A stretch of 64,000 nt of DNA from Octopus sinensis (taxonomy: Eukaryota), in the NCBI RefSeq assembly GCF_006345805.1, contig NC_043002.1:59830001-59894000 (forward strand), written 5' to 3'. This document shows, piece by piece, positions 12,920 to 27,039 of this stretch. The notes under the pieces are model-generated. The model had not been told where the DNA came from. It worked only from the letters and a program-made list of their open reading frames with translations, and made no database searches. The translations under genes were made by a program, and so were the position numbers. Position 1 is the stretch's first letter, and every line of letters starts with the position of its first letter.

Positions 12920-13110
12920 TTCCAGTCATTAGGCTGCGGTCATACTGGGGCAGACCCTTCAAAAACTTTTAGTTGACAAATCGACCCTAGCAATAATTCT
13001 TTCACTACGCCTGGTACTTATTGTATCTTAACGGTAGGTTACGTGGACGTACGCATATTAACACCAGTCGTCAAGCAGTGGTGAATGACGTACAGAAATA
13101 CAAAAGCACA
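12920..13110 (-). mobile_element. SINE family A 3' half
   Basis: CAGTCATTAGGCTGCGGTCATACTGGGGCA..CCTGGTACTTATT similar to other family A copies. Confidence 0.7.
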
Positions 13111-13159
13111 GACACGGCAGACACGTATATGTATGTATGTATGTATGTATATATATATA

Positions 13160-13551
13160 CTAGCAGTATCGCCCGGCATTGCTCGGGTTTGTAAGGGAAA
13201 TAACTATATAAGCATTTTTAGAGGTGTAAAGTATAATAGCCATCTCAATATAGCTAACCACAAGGGGGGGGGGGTTACTGTAGCTTTTCACGTTCTGAGA
13301 TTTAATAATAAATTTTTAGAGAGTTACTTCCCTTATATATGCCAAAATGCATTAAAAATGGGAAAAATTGATGGTAAATTATTTAAAAATCGTAGACTCA
13401 TCGTAGACGCGCGCTAATACCCAGAAGGGCTCGATATGAATCACGACTATAAGATACCAGGTTTTGGTTAAACTGCACCGCAAAATGTGGGAGTAGTTAG
13501 GAATCTAAATCGTAGGAGACAGACAGCACACAATCTCACTTTTATATATAA

Positions 13552-13554
<3 letters not shown>
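13160..13554 (-). mobile_element. Non-autonomous Helitron
   Basis: Minus strand starts TCTTTATATATAAAAG, ends with hairpin CCCGAGCAATGCCGGG followed by CTAG; inserted between A and T with no TSD; ends shared with 56043-56889. Confidence 0.9.
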
Positions 13555-13629
<75 letters not shown>

Positions 13630-13657
13630 GATAGACATAGATACACACACATACATA

Positions 13658-13831
13658 TACAAAATATTTTATAATTATATTCATAATTATAACAAGTGAT
13701 TGGTTTTATGCCTCACCGCGCTCTGTAGAAATAGACACAAAAAGCCCTATTACAACTTTAGAATCTCCGAGAATAACACTATTTTGCAAGCAGGCATAAA
13801 GCCAATGTATATAATTATAAAATATTTTGTA
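13658..13831. repeat. Nested inverted repeat (fold-back)
   Basis: TACAAAATATTTTATAATTATAT (13658-13680) and its reverse complement (13809-13831); inner ATTGGTTTTATGCCT / AGGCATAAAGCCAAT. Confidence 0.85.
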
Positions 13832-14069
13832 ACATTCACCTATGAGGTTTTTATTTCCCTACTGACCACCTGATAAAATTATTACGGGCATTACCCTTTA
13901 TAATAATTAATATATATATGTAATACAAAAACGTATTTAATATTTGCCTAATATGCTTGTCCTTACATTTACTCCTCTACCTCTTTAAGTTCAAATCTCT
14001 TGAATACTGCGGAGTGCATTCTATACAGTGAATATCTGTCTCTAATATATATATATAAATATATATATA

Positions 14070-14125
<56 letters not shown>

Positions 14126-14451
14126 AATATATATATATTATATATATATATATATTTAGTGTAGGAAGAAATGGAGCTGAACGAAGATTTAACAAAATTC
14201 CTTTTTATTATTTTCTAGTCCCTAATTCTGATTGAATAAGGAGTCCATTTTGCAGCCTTCTCTTCAGGAAAATCCAGGAACTTAATTCTCCAACAAAATG
14301 CACAGCATTTGATATTTCTGTTGTGATTTTTGCTACCCAGGTATCGGTTATCATTTGAATAATCCGTAATAAGATAATTCATTTTTCTACTTCAATAATA
14401 TATATATATATATATTATATATATATATATTATATATATATATATATATAT

Positions 14452-14870
<419 letters not shown>

Positions 14871-15265
14871 AACACAACTAACGCCGGGTCCAACATCAAG
14901 TATTACCTACACCTATTCAGACTTATTAAAAAAAATACAGATTTCATGTCGGAAACTGCGGACACGGAAAGTTTAAGATATGCCATCTTCATATATAATA
15001 TTATGTAGATTGTACAACTTGCACATTGATAATGCTGGAGATGTGAAATCTTTTCTTGTTTGAGTGTCACAAATATTTCTATATAAATTATTCAAATTCA
15101 AAAATAATTTTTATCTTGTTTTTGCCTGTCGTTTGGCGATGGGTTATTGTTAGGCATCTGAAGACACCAATATCAGAAAAATTAAAATATTCACTTGAAG
15201 TCAGAAAATCGTATTTAAATAAGCCCAACCATAAAACTCTAGTATACAATAAATTCATATATATG

Positions 15266-15312
<47 letters not shown>

Positions 15313-15907
15313 ATATATATATATATATGGATATATATATATGTGTGTGTCTATATATATATGCGTGTGTATGTGTGTGTGTGTGTGTGCATATCAACGT
15401 GTACCTGTACGAACGACTGTGTTGATGTGTAAGTTAGTGTATGTGCATGCAATACGTAAAGTAATGAAATGAATAATAATATTAATTCATTAAAACACTA
15501 ACTATAACTGAAATTTGCAAAAATTAAAAGAGAAATCTTACGTAAAGTAAAAAAAAATAAAATAGTAAGAAAAGAAGAGAAATTAAACATAATGAATTTT
15601 ATTATATTATAATACATTTTTATGTAATTTATGTTATTATGTATATATTTTGAATATATTTATTTCTTATTTGATATTCAGCATTCGCCCAACACGATAT
15701 AACAAAACTAAAGAAAGAAATTCAATCGAAGATGAATACAGTTTTGTATTGAGGAATTAGACATTAAGCGAAAATTATATGCAAATATGCAAATAGAATA
15801 TAATTACGGAATCAATTTATTCTTTGAATCAAAATGAAATATCGTGATCGGTTTCTATCTGTTTGCATATACGAAGATAACAATCTTGAAGCTTTCAGCA
15901 GAAATAT

Positions 15908-15908
15908 C

Positions 15909-15956
<48 letters not shown>

Positions 15957-16038
15957 GGTAGTAGTAGTAGTAATAATCACAAAAGTGGTGTTATTATAAC
16001 TGAAAATAGCAGCAGCAGCAGTAGTAGTAGTATTAGTA

Positions 16039-16075
<37 letters not shown>

Positions 16076-16077
16076 TT

Positions 16078-16121
<44 letters not shown>

Positions 16122-16145
16122 CGTAGTTTTTGTTGATGTTGTTGT
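15908..16145. repeat. (ATT)n/(AGT)n/(AGC)n microsatellites
   Basis: Direct reading. Confidence 0.95.
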
Positions 16146-17049
16146 AAATTGTGGACGCACGTCTTTTTCACAAAGTATCTTCGAGAAATTATATTTTTCC
16201 AGGTTTTCTCTCACGAGAAGAAAAAAAAAACGTTTTCAGACTTTTTTCTTCTTTTTTATTATTACGAACGAAGTCCTTTGAAACGTACCTCATTACCGTT
16301 GGAAGGGAGTAATGAAGGTAACTCTTTAATGTTATGCATTAGATGCTCGGATATTTGCAAATATTCATATAATTTGTTCCTCATAAGGTAAAAATATAAC
16401 AAGTTCCGAGTGAGGATATACTAACCAGAAAGTTAATATCATCGCAAATATCCCTTCCCCCCAAAATGATAGAATGAAAGCAAAAAGGCATTAAATAGGT
16501 TAAGCAAAAAATGGTAATTAAGTAAGACCTAATTATATATATATATATATATTATATATATATATATACATATATAAGAAAACTGCAATTTTATAAAGGA
16601 AACCGCAAATTAAATTACATTAAAAATGCAATTTCCAACAAAAGCTCTGTCTTTTAACAATATTCTGTATCTGCTTAATAGTATAGGCTTTGTGGCCTGT
16701 TAGGAAGTGTGCTTCCAAACCACCTAGTTCCGTGTTAAGTCCTACCGAGGGACACTTTTGGACAGGGGTTTTTCGCTTCTTAAGATAAAAACGTGAGCAT
16801 TGGCAGTTAGGCAATTTTGTGGTATTTTCTGTCACAAACGTGACCGTTTGTTTTTCTGTTATTTCATCATTTATATCTCTTTAATCATCGATCATGTTTA
16901 TTGTACATTTTATCTTTTCCTACCAATATTCGTACCATTTAAGGCGGCGAACGAGCTGAATCGTTACCAGGCGGAGATAAATACTCAGCGCATTTTCTCC
17001 GGATTCAGAGTAGCCTTCAAAATTCTTTCATCGCTGTTTCTCAGATAGG

Positions 17050-17690
17050 TATGCAAGGGCTTGATCATCATAACCCTATCTTCTATTCCAACCAGTCCTC
17101 TACCACCTCACTTCCTAGGTAAGTAAAACGTTGTTACGTTACGTCTTACATAAAAGCACCCATGCAAGGCCTTTATCTTCCTAGTTTTTCTGTTCATGCC
17201 GACCAGTTCCACTATTTGTCCATTCCGCAACCCCCGAACTGAATTTGCCCATTCCCCAACTCCTGTACAGAAGTGTGCCACGCATCCAGCCCAAATTGAT
17301 GCCTCTGGTCAGGTTTGTCACTCCTCTGGCATATTCTGGAGAAATATTTACCTACATCTTGTAGCAGTCATCAGCTGGCCTATTTATGAGGCACAAGATA
17401 TTTGCTAACTTTCCCTTGACATCTCTTACACGTCCACCGTCTCGAAGTTTTATTCTTCAGATTCTGCGCCCTGTCCTCCGTCCAAGATCAACGCATTTAT
17501 CTAGAGAAAATGCCACCTGAATGTCATATGATAAATTTCATACAACTTGAATAAGAGAGTCCAGTTGACAACTGTTACCTCTGTAAAGCTTCAGATCGTC
17601 CATAATCAGCAGGGGATAAATTGGTGTCATATCCATTTGCAGTTGGCAGCCATATTTAATCTTCTTCCAAACCAGGAAAAGAGGTAACAT
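17050..17690 (-). mobile_element. Internal RT fragment of an R4/Dong-like LINE
   Basis: Minus strand: LLIMDDLKLY..QLDSLIQVV..DIQVAFSLDKC and RKTRKIKALHGCFY..FYLPRK*GGRGLVGIED. Confidence 0.85.
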
Positions 17691-17923
17691 ACTAACAAAA
17701 ACATGGCAATACGAAGACTCCTTAGTAGTAGTGGTACTATTAGTAGTAGTAGTAACTGAGACAGCAGGACAGCAGTAGTAAGAGTAATAGTAGCATCAGT
17801 AATAGTAGCGGCGGCAGCATGTAGACTGTAATTTTGTATTATTTCATTTCTTATTGTCGAGTAATCATATTTACATATATATATATGAGCTGAAACTAGA
17901 TGAAATGATATATATATATATAT

Positions 17924-17968
<45 letters not shown>

Positions 17969-18797
17969 ATATATAATATTTACAGTATTGTGGCATCGTA
18001 TTTGTTTCTGTTTATCTTCATTATATATATTTTTTCAAGAAGTCTTATCGTATTTCTTTTCAATTCATATTTCTTGTTATTAGAGTCCATATTACGACTG
18101 ATTTCATAGCTTGTTATGCCATAGTAATTGCAGTTTTAGTTGTTGTAAAGCAAAATTGCCTCAGAGCTATTTTCGTTGAAAGCAAAACAAAACTATACAA
18201 AAGGCAGAAGCCAGAATACCGTTCGTTATTTCTATTTTATTTGGAACGCTTCATTTTGTTTTCAAATTTGTAATATTTTAAAAACATTTTGCATTTTTTA
18301 AGATTGTGGAAGATGGCGACTGTGAGGGTGTGTCAGATACATTATTATTATTATCATTATTATCATTCTTATTATTATGATCATTATTATAAATTTCTAT
18401 CATTATTATCATTATTATTATTATTAACATTTTTATACGGGTAAAGATTATGGCAATGGTGATGTTGCTGATACGAAGCAGTAATTACTCCAGAATTCTT
18501 CAGAATTATCAAAAGATTTTTAAGTAGTTACAATTGTTGCAAATTTCGCTGTAGTGCGGGGCTATCTCCGTTTGTGTGTGTGTGTCTGTGTGTGTGCGCG
18601 CGATCGCGCGTGTGCATGTTTGTATATATATCATAAAATCGCACACAAAGAAACAACAATTACGCTAACCACATATATATATGCGTGTGTGTGCATGTAT
18701 GTATAGATGTACACATGAATCCATGTATATATGTACCAATAGGTGTGTGCATGTGTATTAAAGTGAACATAACTAGTTCTCTGCGAGCCTGTCTGGG

Positions 18798-18873
<76 letters not shown>

Positions 18874-18881
18874 AATCTATA

Positions 18882-18918
<37 letters not shown>

Positions 18919-18965
18919 GTCTGTCTGTCTGTCTATCTGTCTATCTATCTATCTAAATAGATAGA
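18798..18965. repeat. (TATC)n/(TCTG)n microsatellite with no insertion
   Basis: Direct reading. Confidence 0.97.
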
Positions 18966-19361
18966 TACAAATACGCTTCATATACATACATGCATACATA
19001 CATACATGCGCACATTTATATACACACACTTACACACATATACATATATATATACATATGTATATAATATATATATATATATATACGTATGTATGCATGC
19101 ATGTACCTATATCATAAAGATACACACACACACATATATATATACATATATATATAAACATACATATAAACACACACACACATGCACATATATATAAATA
19201 TATATATAGTTAATCCAAACATGAAAGTACAAAAAAACAACAACGCGAGGACGTGGAACAAATATAGTAATATTGGACACTCAGGAAAGAAGGAAAGAAA
19301 TATATACGGTAGAGAAAAAACGAGAGGAGCGAGAGAGTAAGAGAGAAATATGGAGATACAG

Positions 19362-19407
<46 letters not shown>

Positions 19408-19948
19408 ACGAAAGAAAATAATATGACTAAAATAAAAGTGTGTTTTAACGTGTGATATTTACGAGGGCTTAACTGAATGAGAGAAATCTAGGGCTTTTAT
19501 TAAAAGTACAAAGAAGACAATGAACTGAAAATCAATTTTGTAACCGTACAAAAGTACGTCTATAATTTTTTTGCACCACACAGATACGAGTCTGACTGAC
19601 GTAAATACAGGAATATATCCGTAGATGCTTATGCGTGTGTCCATAGAAACATGTGCACAGAAACTCTCCGACATATGTTTCTATTCGCATATACGTACAT
19701 CCATGCATGTATGTCTGTATATACATCCATCCCTACACACACACAACCCCCCCCCACACACACACTCATATCAGCGTTTGTTTAGGAGTCGAAATAAAAA
19801 TAATTTGAAATTAATCTAATGGCTTATGCTGTATTTTGTAGAGGACAAATTTATTAATCTTAAACAAGAATATTATTGACAGTAACTTCGAAGTCACTGT
19901 CAATAATGTTTTAGCTACACACACACACACACACACACACACATCTTT

Positions 19949-19994
<46 letters not shown>

Positions 19995-20028
19995 TAAATA
20001 TAGATAGATGGATAGATAGATATATACC

Positions 20029-20264
20029 TATTTCTTTTCTACCCAGAAGGGGCTAAACACAGAGAGGACAAACAAGGACAGACAAACGGATTAAGTCGAT
20101 TATATCGACCCTAGTGCGTAACTGGTATTTATTTAATCGACCCCGAAAGGATGAAAGGCAAACTCGACCTCGGCGGAATTTGAACTCAGAACGTAATGGC
20201 AGACGAAATACGGCTACGCATTTCTCCCGGTGTCCGAACGTTTCTGCCAGCTCGCCGCTGGCAT
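20029..20264 (-). mobile_element. Full-length SINE family B with Tx1-like tail and 17-bp TSD
   Basis: ATAGATAGATATATACC at 20012-20028 and 20265-20281; head GCGGCGAGCTGGCAGAAACG..GTTCAAATTCC; tail TCCTTGTTTGTCCTCTCTGTGTTTAGCCCCTTCTGGGTAGAAAAGAAATA. Confidence 0.9.
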
Positions 20265-21262
20265 ATAGATAGATATATACCACCATGTAAATATGCTTTT
20301 GTGTGACGTACATGAAAGTGCGATTCTGTTTGCATGTACTCATGAATCTATTTTGGGGGAAAGGTAGAGATAGTATTGTCACAATTTCTTTCTTTTCTCT
20401 CTCGTCATTTATCTCTCCCTCAACCGATCTCTCTCTCTCTCTCTCCTTCTCTCGCTCATTCACACGCATACACACACATACACACATAAACATCCTAATG
20501 CCTATACAGAGAGATTAAGGAACATAATTATTTGCACTCAAACAAACATAATCAGCGTTTACTTTTTTCATATCTGCTATTGTGTAATCAATGAGAACCA
20601 TGTAAGAACATAATTTAGATCTTTCTTTGTGGCCTGCAATCATTCATAATATTATTAGAATTATTATTATTGTTGTTTTTAACATTCAACGTAGAATATA
20701 CAGAAACAACCACATTTACATGTCTCGTAGTATTTTAGCTGTTGTTGATGTTATAGTCATTTTTTTTTTCATTGTAATGATTTTTATTTTGACGTCGTTT
20801 GTATTAAGTACTTTCGTTAAGAATTTTAAATTCTCTTCCAGAACATTCAATCAATACATAATTTGTTTATACATTTTTCTTCTGTTTAAATATTACTGCT
20901 CTGTATGTTTCTGTCCAATCAAGCATACATACAAGTGTGTAATGCATGTTGATACAAGTATATGTGGGTCGACAGTTTTATAGAAATATACGGGTAATGT
21001 GTATATAGATTTTACATGCCCGTGTGTAATGTGAGAGTAAACGTGTGTAGCTGAAATCGTGAGTCTTTATGTCACAAAACAATAACCAATTCCTAATATT
21101 ATTCTCTTCAACAATATGTAATGATCGACAGATTTCTTCATTGCCATTGATCAATGGAAAATCATGCAAATGCATATGCGTGTAAGTATATATGCATTTA
21201 ATATACGCATACACACATATATCAATTAGTGTATAATATACATATATATATATATATATTAT

Positions 21263-21476
21263 GGAGGCGCGTGGCTTACTGGGAAGGGTGTTGAACTCAT
21301 GATCATATGATTGTGGCTTCGATTCCTGGACCGGGCGATGCGTTATGTTATTGAGTAAAACACTTCATTGCATGTTGCTCCAGTCCAGTCCACCCTGCTG
21401 GAAAAATGAATAATCATGCGACGGACCGACGTCTCGTCCAGGTGGGGAATTTCTACACCATTGAAACCTGGAAACA
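21263..21476 (+). mobile_element. SINE family C (tRNA-derived head)
   Basis: A-box-like GTGGCTTACTGG, B-box-like GCTTCGATTCC, then a CORE-like block and GCGACGGACCGACGTCTCGTCCAGG; related head on the minus strand at ~29780-29880. Confidence 0.7.
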
Positions 21477-21504
21477 TATATGCATGTATATATGTGTGTA
21501 TGTA

Positions 21505-21668
21505 TGTATACACGGACTTTTTTCGGTTTCCGTCTACCAAATCCAATCACATGTTTTTGGTCGGCCCGTGTCTATAGTAGGAGATACTAGCCCAAGGTGC
21601 CAAGCAGTGGGACTGAACCCGGAACCATGAGGTTGGGAAGCAATTTTCTTACGAGACAGCCACTCTCT
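21505..21668 (-). mobile_element. SINE family A 5' half
   Basis: CCCAAGGTGCCAAGCAGTGGGACTGAACCCGGAACCATG. Confidence 0.8.
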
Positions 21669-21709
21669 CACCTATATACACATTCATAGATATATGCATA
21701 TATATATAT

Positions 21710-21848
<139 letters not shown>

Positions 21849-22205
21849 GTATACATGTATGTATGTATGTATGTATGTATGTATGTATGTATGAAATTTG
21901 CTAAAAAGAATAATAAACCCCAAGGCAAGACATCTCAAGTGATATATGTTTTATTCTTGAAAATTATGAAGCAATTTTAAATTGCTTAAAATTACTTAAT
22001 AATTTTTAATAATAATGACATATACGACTTGGTGTTTGTTATTCTTTTAAACGTATTTATATCTGTTATATCGGAAATCTATAATAGTGTCATAGTTCCA
22101 TAACCCCGTCTCGTTTACGATGCTAGAAGCCTGGTAATCCGTTCCTGCCCTACCCAGCGTACCTGCCCGTTAGATCACCTGTGAACTAAACACCCATATT
22201 TTATG

Positions 22206-22272
<67 letters not shown>

Positions 22273-22497
22273 GTGATTTTATTATTATATGTCTATATAC
22301 AAATACGATTTTCTTCATTATAGTTTAGGTGTATGCATATACACACATATATAGTTCAAATTTATAGAAAATCAAAAGACGATGACGGCTGTATTTGTTT
22401 CATGCTGGGGAACAATTGAAATGTCTTTTACATTTCGAGCCTACGCTCTTCGATGGAAAAGAATAAGGGGATATAAATAGAAAGGGAATGAAAAAAA

Positions 22498-22547
<50 letters not shown>

Positions 22548-22734
22548 AATTCAACATTTTCCTTTGCCGAATCTTAAGGCACATTTAATATTTAAAACAA
22601 TAGATATTAACGGCTTCATTAAGAACCTCACTTTCTCTAACATTATATTCCATGTAAATGTTGCTGCTTGTATGTCAGTATAATATGTTGCATGTATATT
22701 TACATGTGTAAATTTATGTATGTATGACATTATC

Positions 22735-23245
22735 CAATTTATTTCAAGATTTCTTGCCAATAGAGAAAGAACCAGTCTCTAACTCAACATCAACAAGAGA
22801 GTATTTGTGTCTGTCTGTATGTACGTATGTATGTGCAGATTTCTATGTTTTATGTATGCATTTTCATACATACAGTTGCATATCTAGACATGTTCATATA
22901 TATTTATATCATAAACTTTTGGAAAGTTTTACAGATTTTTACAGTTCCAGTGACGCAGTGGATCTGTAGTCTACGAATTAACTTTCTTCTTTCTGGTTGT
23001 GAGAAGCCTTATTTCTCAAGATTGGTATGTAGACAGTGTGTTATGTATACCAGAGCCCCAATAATTACAGGTATAAACCCGAACTCGTAATCTGGATAGA
23101 GTAACTGCAAATGTTTCAATAGTTGAGCGTAAGTGCTCCTCTTTTACTGTTCTTCAGCTTTATGTTAACGACCACTGGGCAGCTAATTACCACAACTGTG
23201 CACAGTTTCTCCTCTCTATCCCAAGTCCTTATATCAGGTATGTAC
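22735..23245 (-). mobile_element. 3' end of an RLE-type non-LTR retrotransposon (R4/Dong-related)
   Basis: Minus strand: PDIRTWDREEKLCTVVVISCP..YAQLLKHLQLLYPDYEFGFIPVIIGAL..GTVKICKTFQKFMI*, then 3' UTR. Confidence 0.8.
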
Positions 23246-23520
23246 CTATGTTCATAGGTGTGTGTGTGTATAAATCTATAAATAAACATGTATATTATAT
23301 AGAGAGAGGGTTAATATCCAAGCTATTTTGTTTTCAAACATGCAAGCGTATCTGCGTATTTCAATATTCCACATCTGTGAGTAGGTGTTATAATAACTTA
23401 TTTGTGTGTGGAGTGGGAAACATTTTCTGCTTAGCAATATAGTAACAAACCATGTATGGCAACACCCAGTCACAAACACACAAGCACACAGACACACAGA
23501 TTCAGACACACACACAAACA

Positions 23521-23582
<62 letters not shown>

Positions 23583-24257
23583 TATATACATATATACATA
23601 GACATATTGCATCTCCGCGCGCGAATTTGGGAAGTAGCGTGTCACGAAATATAATGTCGTTCCTTCAAGTGTTTGTCTTGGAGGAAATCGGCTGTTTGTG
23701 TGATGATACCTGCACAGATTAAAACAGGCATTTTATGGTAGCTAAATGTATTTTTCTTCATCTTGCTGGTTAATAGGCTGCCAAGTCTAATTCCCTGAGT
23801 AGCTTCACCAATGCCTCAATAAGATAGCGCATCCGTTTCTAATGGCTACGCCTTAAACTCGAAGAAGAACTCATTTTGATTGAATATATTTTATAAGCGT
23901 GGAGGAGTCGTAAACCATTTCACAATAAACCATATTGTTGCAATATGGCTACAGCAAACAGGCTGAAAGAGATAACAGTATTCCTCTCCTCTATCTGTCT
24001 GTTTGTCTGTCTGTCAGTCTATCAGTCTATCTATCTATATAAATATATGTGTTTGCACACACACACATATATATATATATATATTATATATATATATATA
24101 TAATATATATATATATACATATATACATATATTATACGTACATACATACACACACACACTCACACACATATATATAAATATAATATGTGACAATTAGTTG
24201 TCACGTATTCATTCTTTTATTGTCATATTATTATTATTAATACATATATATATATAA

Positions 24258-24297
<40 letters not shown>

Positions 24298-24299
24298 TA

Positions 24300-24891
24300 T
24301 GTCACCAGAATATCTTCATGTCACCAGAATATCTTCAACATTGCAAAAGCAAACCTACCAATCATTGCCCAAAGTAATGAATTAAAAGGCATAATCACGG
24401 ATCGAGCTATGGTGCTTAGTAAAAGACTAAAAACTTGAAAAAATTACTAACAAACGCAAAATTTGACCTTAGCAACAAAGACCAAACATTCACTGTATCT
24501 AAATGCAATGATAGTCGATGTGGCACATGCCAATTCATACATACCGGCCAATATATAAACACAAAAACCGGGAAAATATTCACAAACGCGAATATGAACT
24601 GCAAAAGCAGAACTTTAATTTACTGCATCAAATGCCCAAATTGTGAAGAAATATATGTAGGTCAGACGGGAAACGTACTATCAGAACGCTCACGTGTACA
24701 CCGGCAACATATTAGAGACCCAGAGGTCTGTCAGATACCTTTGAGTAACCACCTAGCAACATGTGGCCGGAAAATATATATAATATTTCCATTCTACAAA
24801 TTACACAGCCCAAGTGAAATCGAGAGGAAAACCAGAGAAAAGAATTTTATTGATAAATTCGAACCCAAGCTAAATAAGTAATAATAATAAT
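24300..24891 (+). mobile_element. Penelope-like element 3' fragment encoding GIY-YIG endonuclease (Neptune/Naiad-type linker)
   Basis: ORF 24435-24881: KCNDSRCGTC linker, LIYCIKCPNCEEIYVGQT, R..H..H, REKNFIDKFEPKLN; 19-bp tandem duplication at the 5' junction; (TA)n upstream and short (AAT)n directly after the stop. Confidence 0.92.
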
Positions 24892-26975
24892 ACTTAGATA
24901 GCAGGAAAATTATCTTATTTAGGGTTAAAAGTTCTATTGCCACCACCATCACCACTAGCAACAATAATTAAGGTGCTGACAATGATGATGATGACAATTG
25001 AAATATAAAAATATAAAAATCTCTGACAAATGCTATTTACAACATTTCTAAAAATAGCCCAACAATTGCGGCTTCGGCCAGGGTCAAGAATATATACATA
25101 AATATATACATATATATATATATATGTATATAAGTAGCTAGATAGATAGGTAGACAGACAGACAGATAGGTAGAGAGATAGATATAAATATAGATAGATA
25201 GAATATATCATAATCTTAATACGCAAAAATTATTCCTTGCTATATTGCTTGTGAAAGTTTAGATAAAGCGCTGACGATATTTACTGCAACTTCGATAATG
25301 ATAGAATTAGCTCGTTTACGTGCTAATTCTATCAGTAAACTTCAATAATTCAAGTTGGTCGAATAGTGAAGCTGAAGTTGCAAGCTATTTTGTCATCATA
25401 TTTTCTCTATTGCAGACCAATTTACGTTTACGACTGAAATAATCATATAACATTGTACTCAGTGTGTAACATTGGTTGATCGAAGATTCTAGAAAGATTT
25501 GCTCATAACTGCGCTGCCGAAATTCGGGCAAAAAAGCAAGGCCCCTACAGCTTATATTTATTCGCGTCCGTGTCAAAACTGGTGGTGGCATGTATGCCTA
25601 CATGTGCAATGACGCGTACTTTAAACAAGATGACACCACTTTTCCTTTTCCCATGAAACCGTCATCGACCTGCAGCCCAAACACTTCACAACAAAGTACA
25701 GTTACCGAAGGGTATACTAATCCAGAAATGCCAGTCTAGTCTATTTCTATAACTATAAAAATGTTACAAACACTATTCTTATCAAGAAGAGCATTTTACC
25801 TTCTCATCTCAGTTTAAACTCAGCTATTGTTATCAATGTAAATGCTAACCATCGATATCGGTAATTATCTTACATAGCGTTAACACACTCATTCGTGACT
25901 CAAGGAAGATGATAGCTTAAAGATTAGTCCTTCTTTCCTGAACTAGAAAAATTTTCAGCAACCAATAATTCTTGAATAAAAGAGAACCCAACTCAGATTC
26001 GAAGTAATGTTCTGGTCCTAAATGACTATCGCTGTTGATCCACATCCTGAGAAATATTATGCGACATATAAGAAGGAATTAAGCCATTTACAAACATTTT
26101 CCTCCCTTTGGTACTCATATGTTCTGTATCGTCCCTCTGCATTTCGATGCTGGCCGTTCTTTTACAATCTACACTCACACACTGTTTTAGTAACTCGTCT
26201 CTCATACTCTCGTCACGCTCGTTGTGTTCCACTCTACGCTAACCACAAAGCAGAGTCCCTACTCCATGGAATGTTGAATTTTCGATATTTTCCCCTTTGA
26301 TATTATTTTTCCTGGTCTTGCCTTATCAGGAAAGAGGATGAGTGTTGTTCTTTGTTTCAGATGTAAGAAATACGAAACAAAAAAAAGAGAAAGTAAAGAA
26401 AAGAAAACAAAACTAAGCATTGACTGCATCGAAACCGATTAAAAATCCTTGGTTGGCAAGGGGTTTCATTGGGTTGATGTTTTGGGTAATGGTTACTAAT
26501 TCATCTATCTAGGAAATGTTTCAACTCACTTTACAATAAACATATATTTATAATTTTGACCTAGATATGAAGTAAATGTATATTAATATATTTGTTGATG
26601 AAAATGTTCATGTATCGATTTTATAGACGTAATTATCTAGATTTAGCAGCGCCATACCTTCCCCCATCAAAGCATTCGTATTTAAATTATTGATAAAGGC
26701 AATCATATGTAATTTTAAATATAATAACCGTATTATATGATTTTAATAGAGATGTTATGTTGCTCTTGATTTGAAAACAATGAACATAATATAACTGTTA
26801 AGGCTATTTATTTGTAGTAATGGTTCATTTCAGATATTTGACATCTCTTATTTGCATTGATTTCTTTATATTCCTGGATATAAATAGAGATTTTGCCGAG
26901 CAAATGGAGTTAAACCAATGAATTCGTTGGGATAGTTTTGTGCAGTGGGACTATGTACAAACAAACATACATACA

Positions 26976-27011
<36 letters not shown>

Positions 27012-27039
27012 TACTCACACACACGTATATATAATATAC

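Noticed and set aside
24435-24881. Selenocysteine-encoding Naiad element
   Set aside because: No in-frame TGA at cysteine positions and no 3' UTR in which a SECIS could lie.
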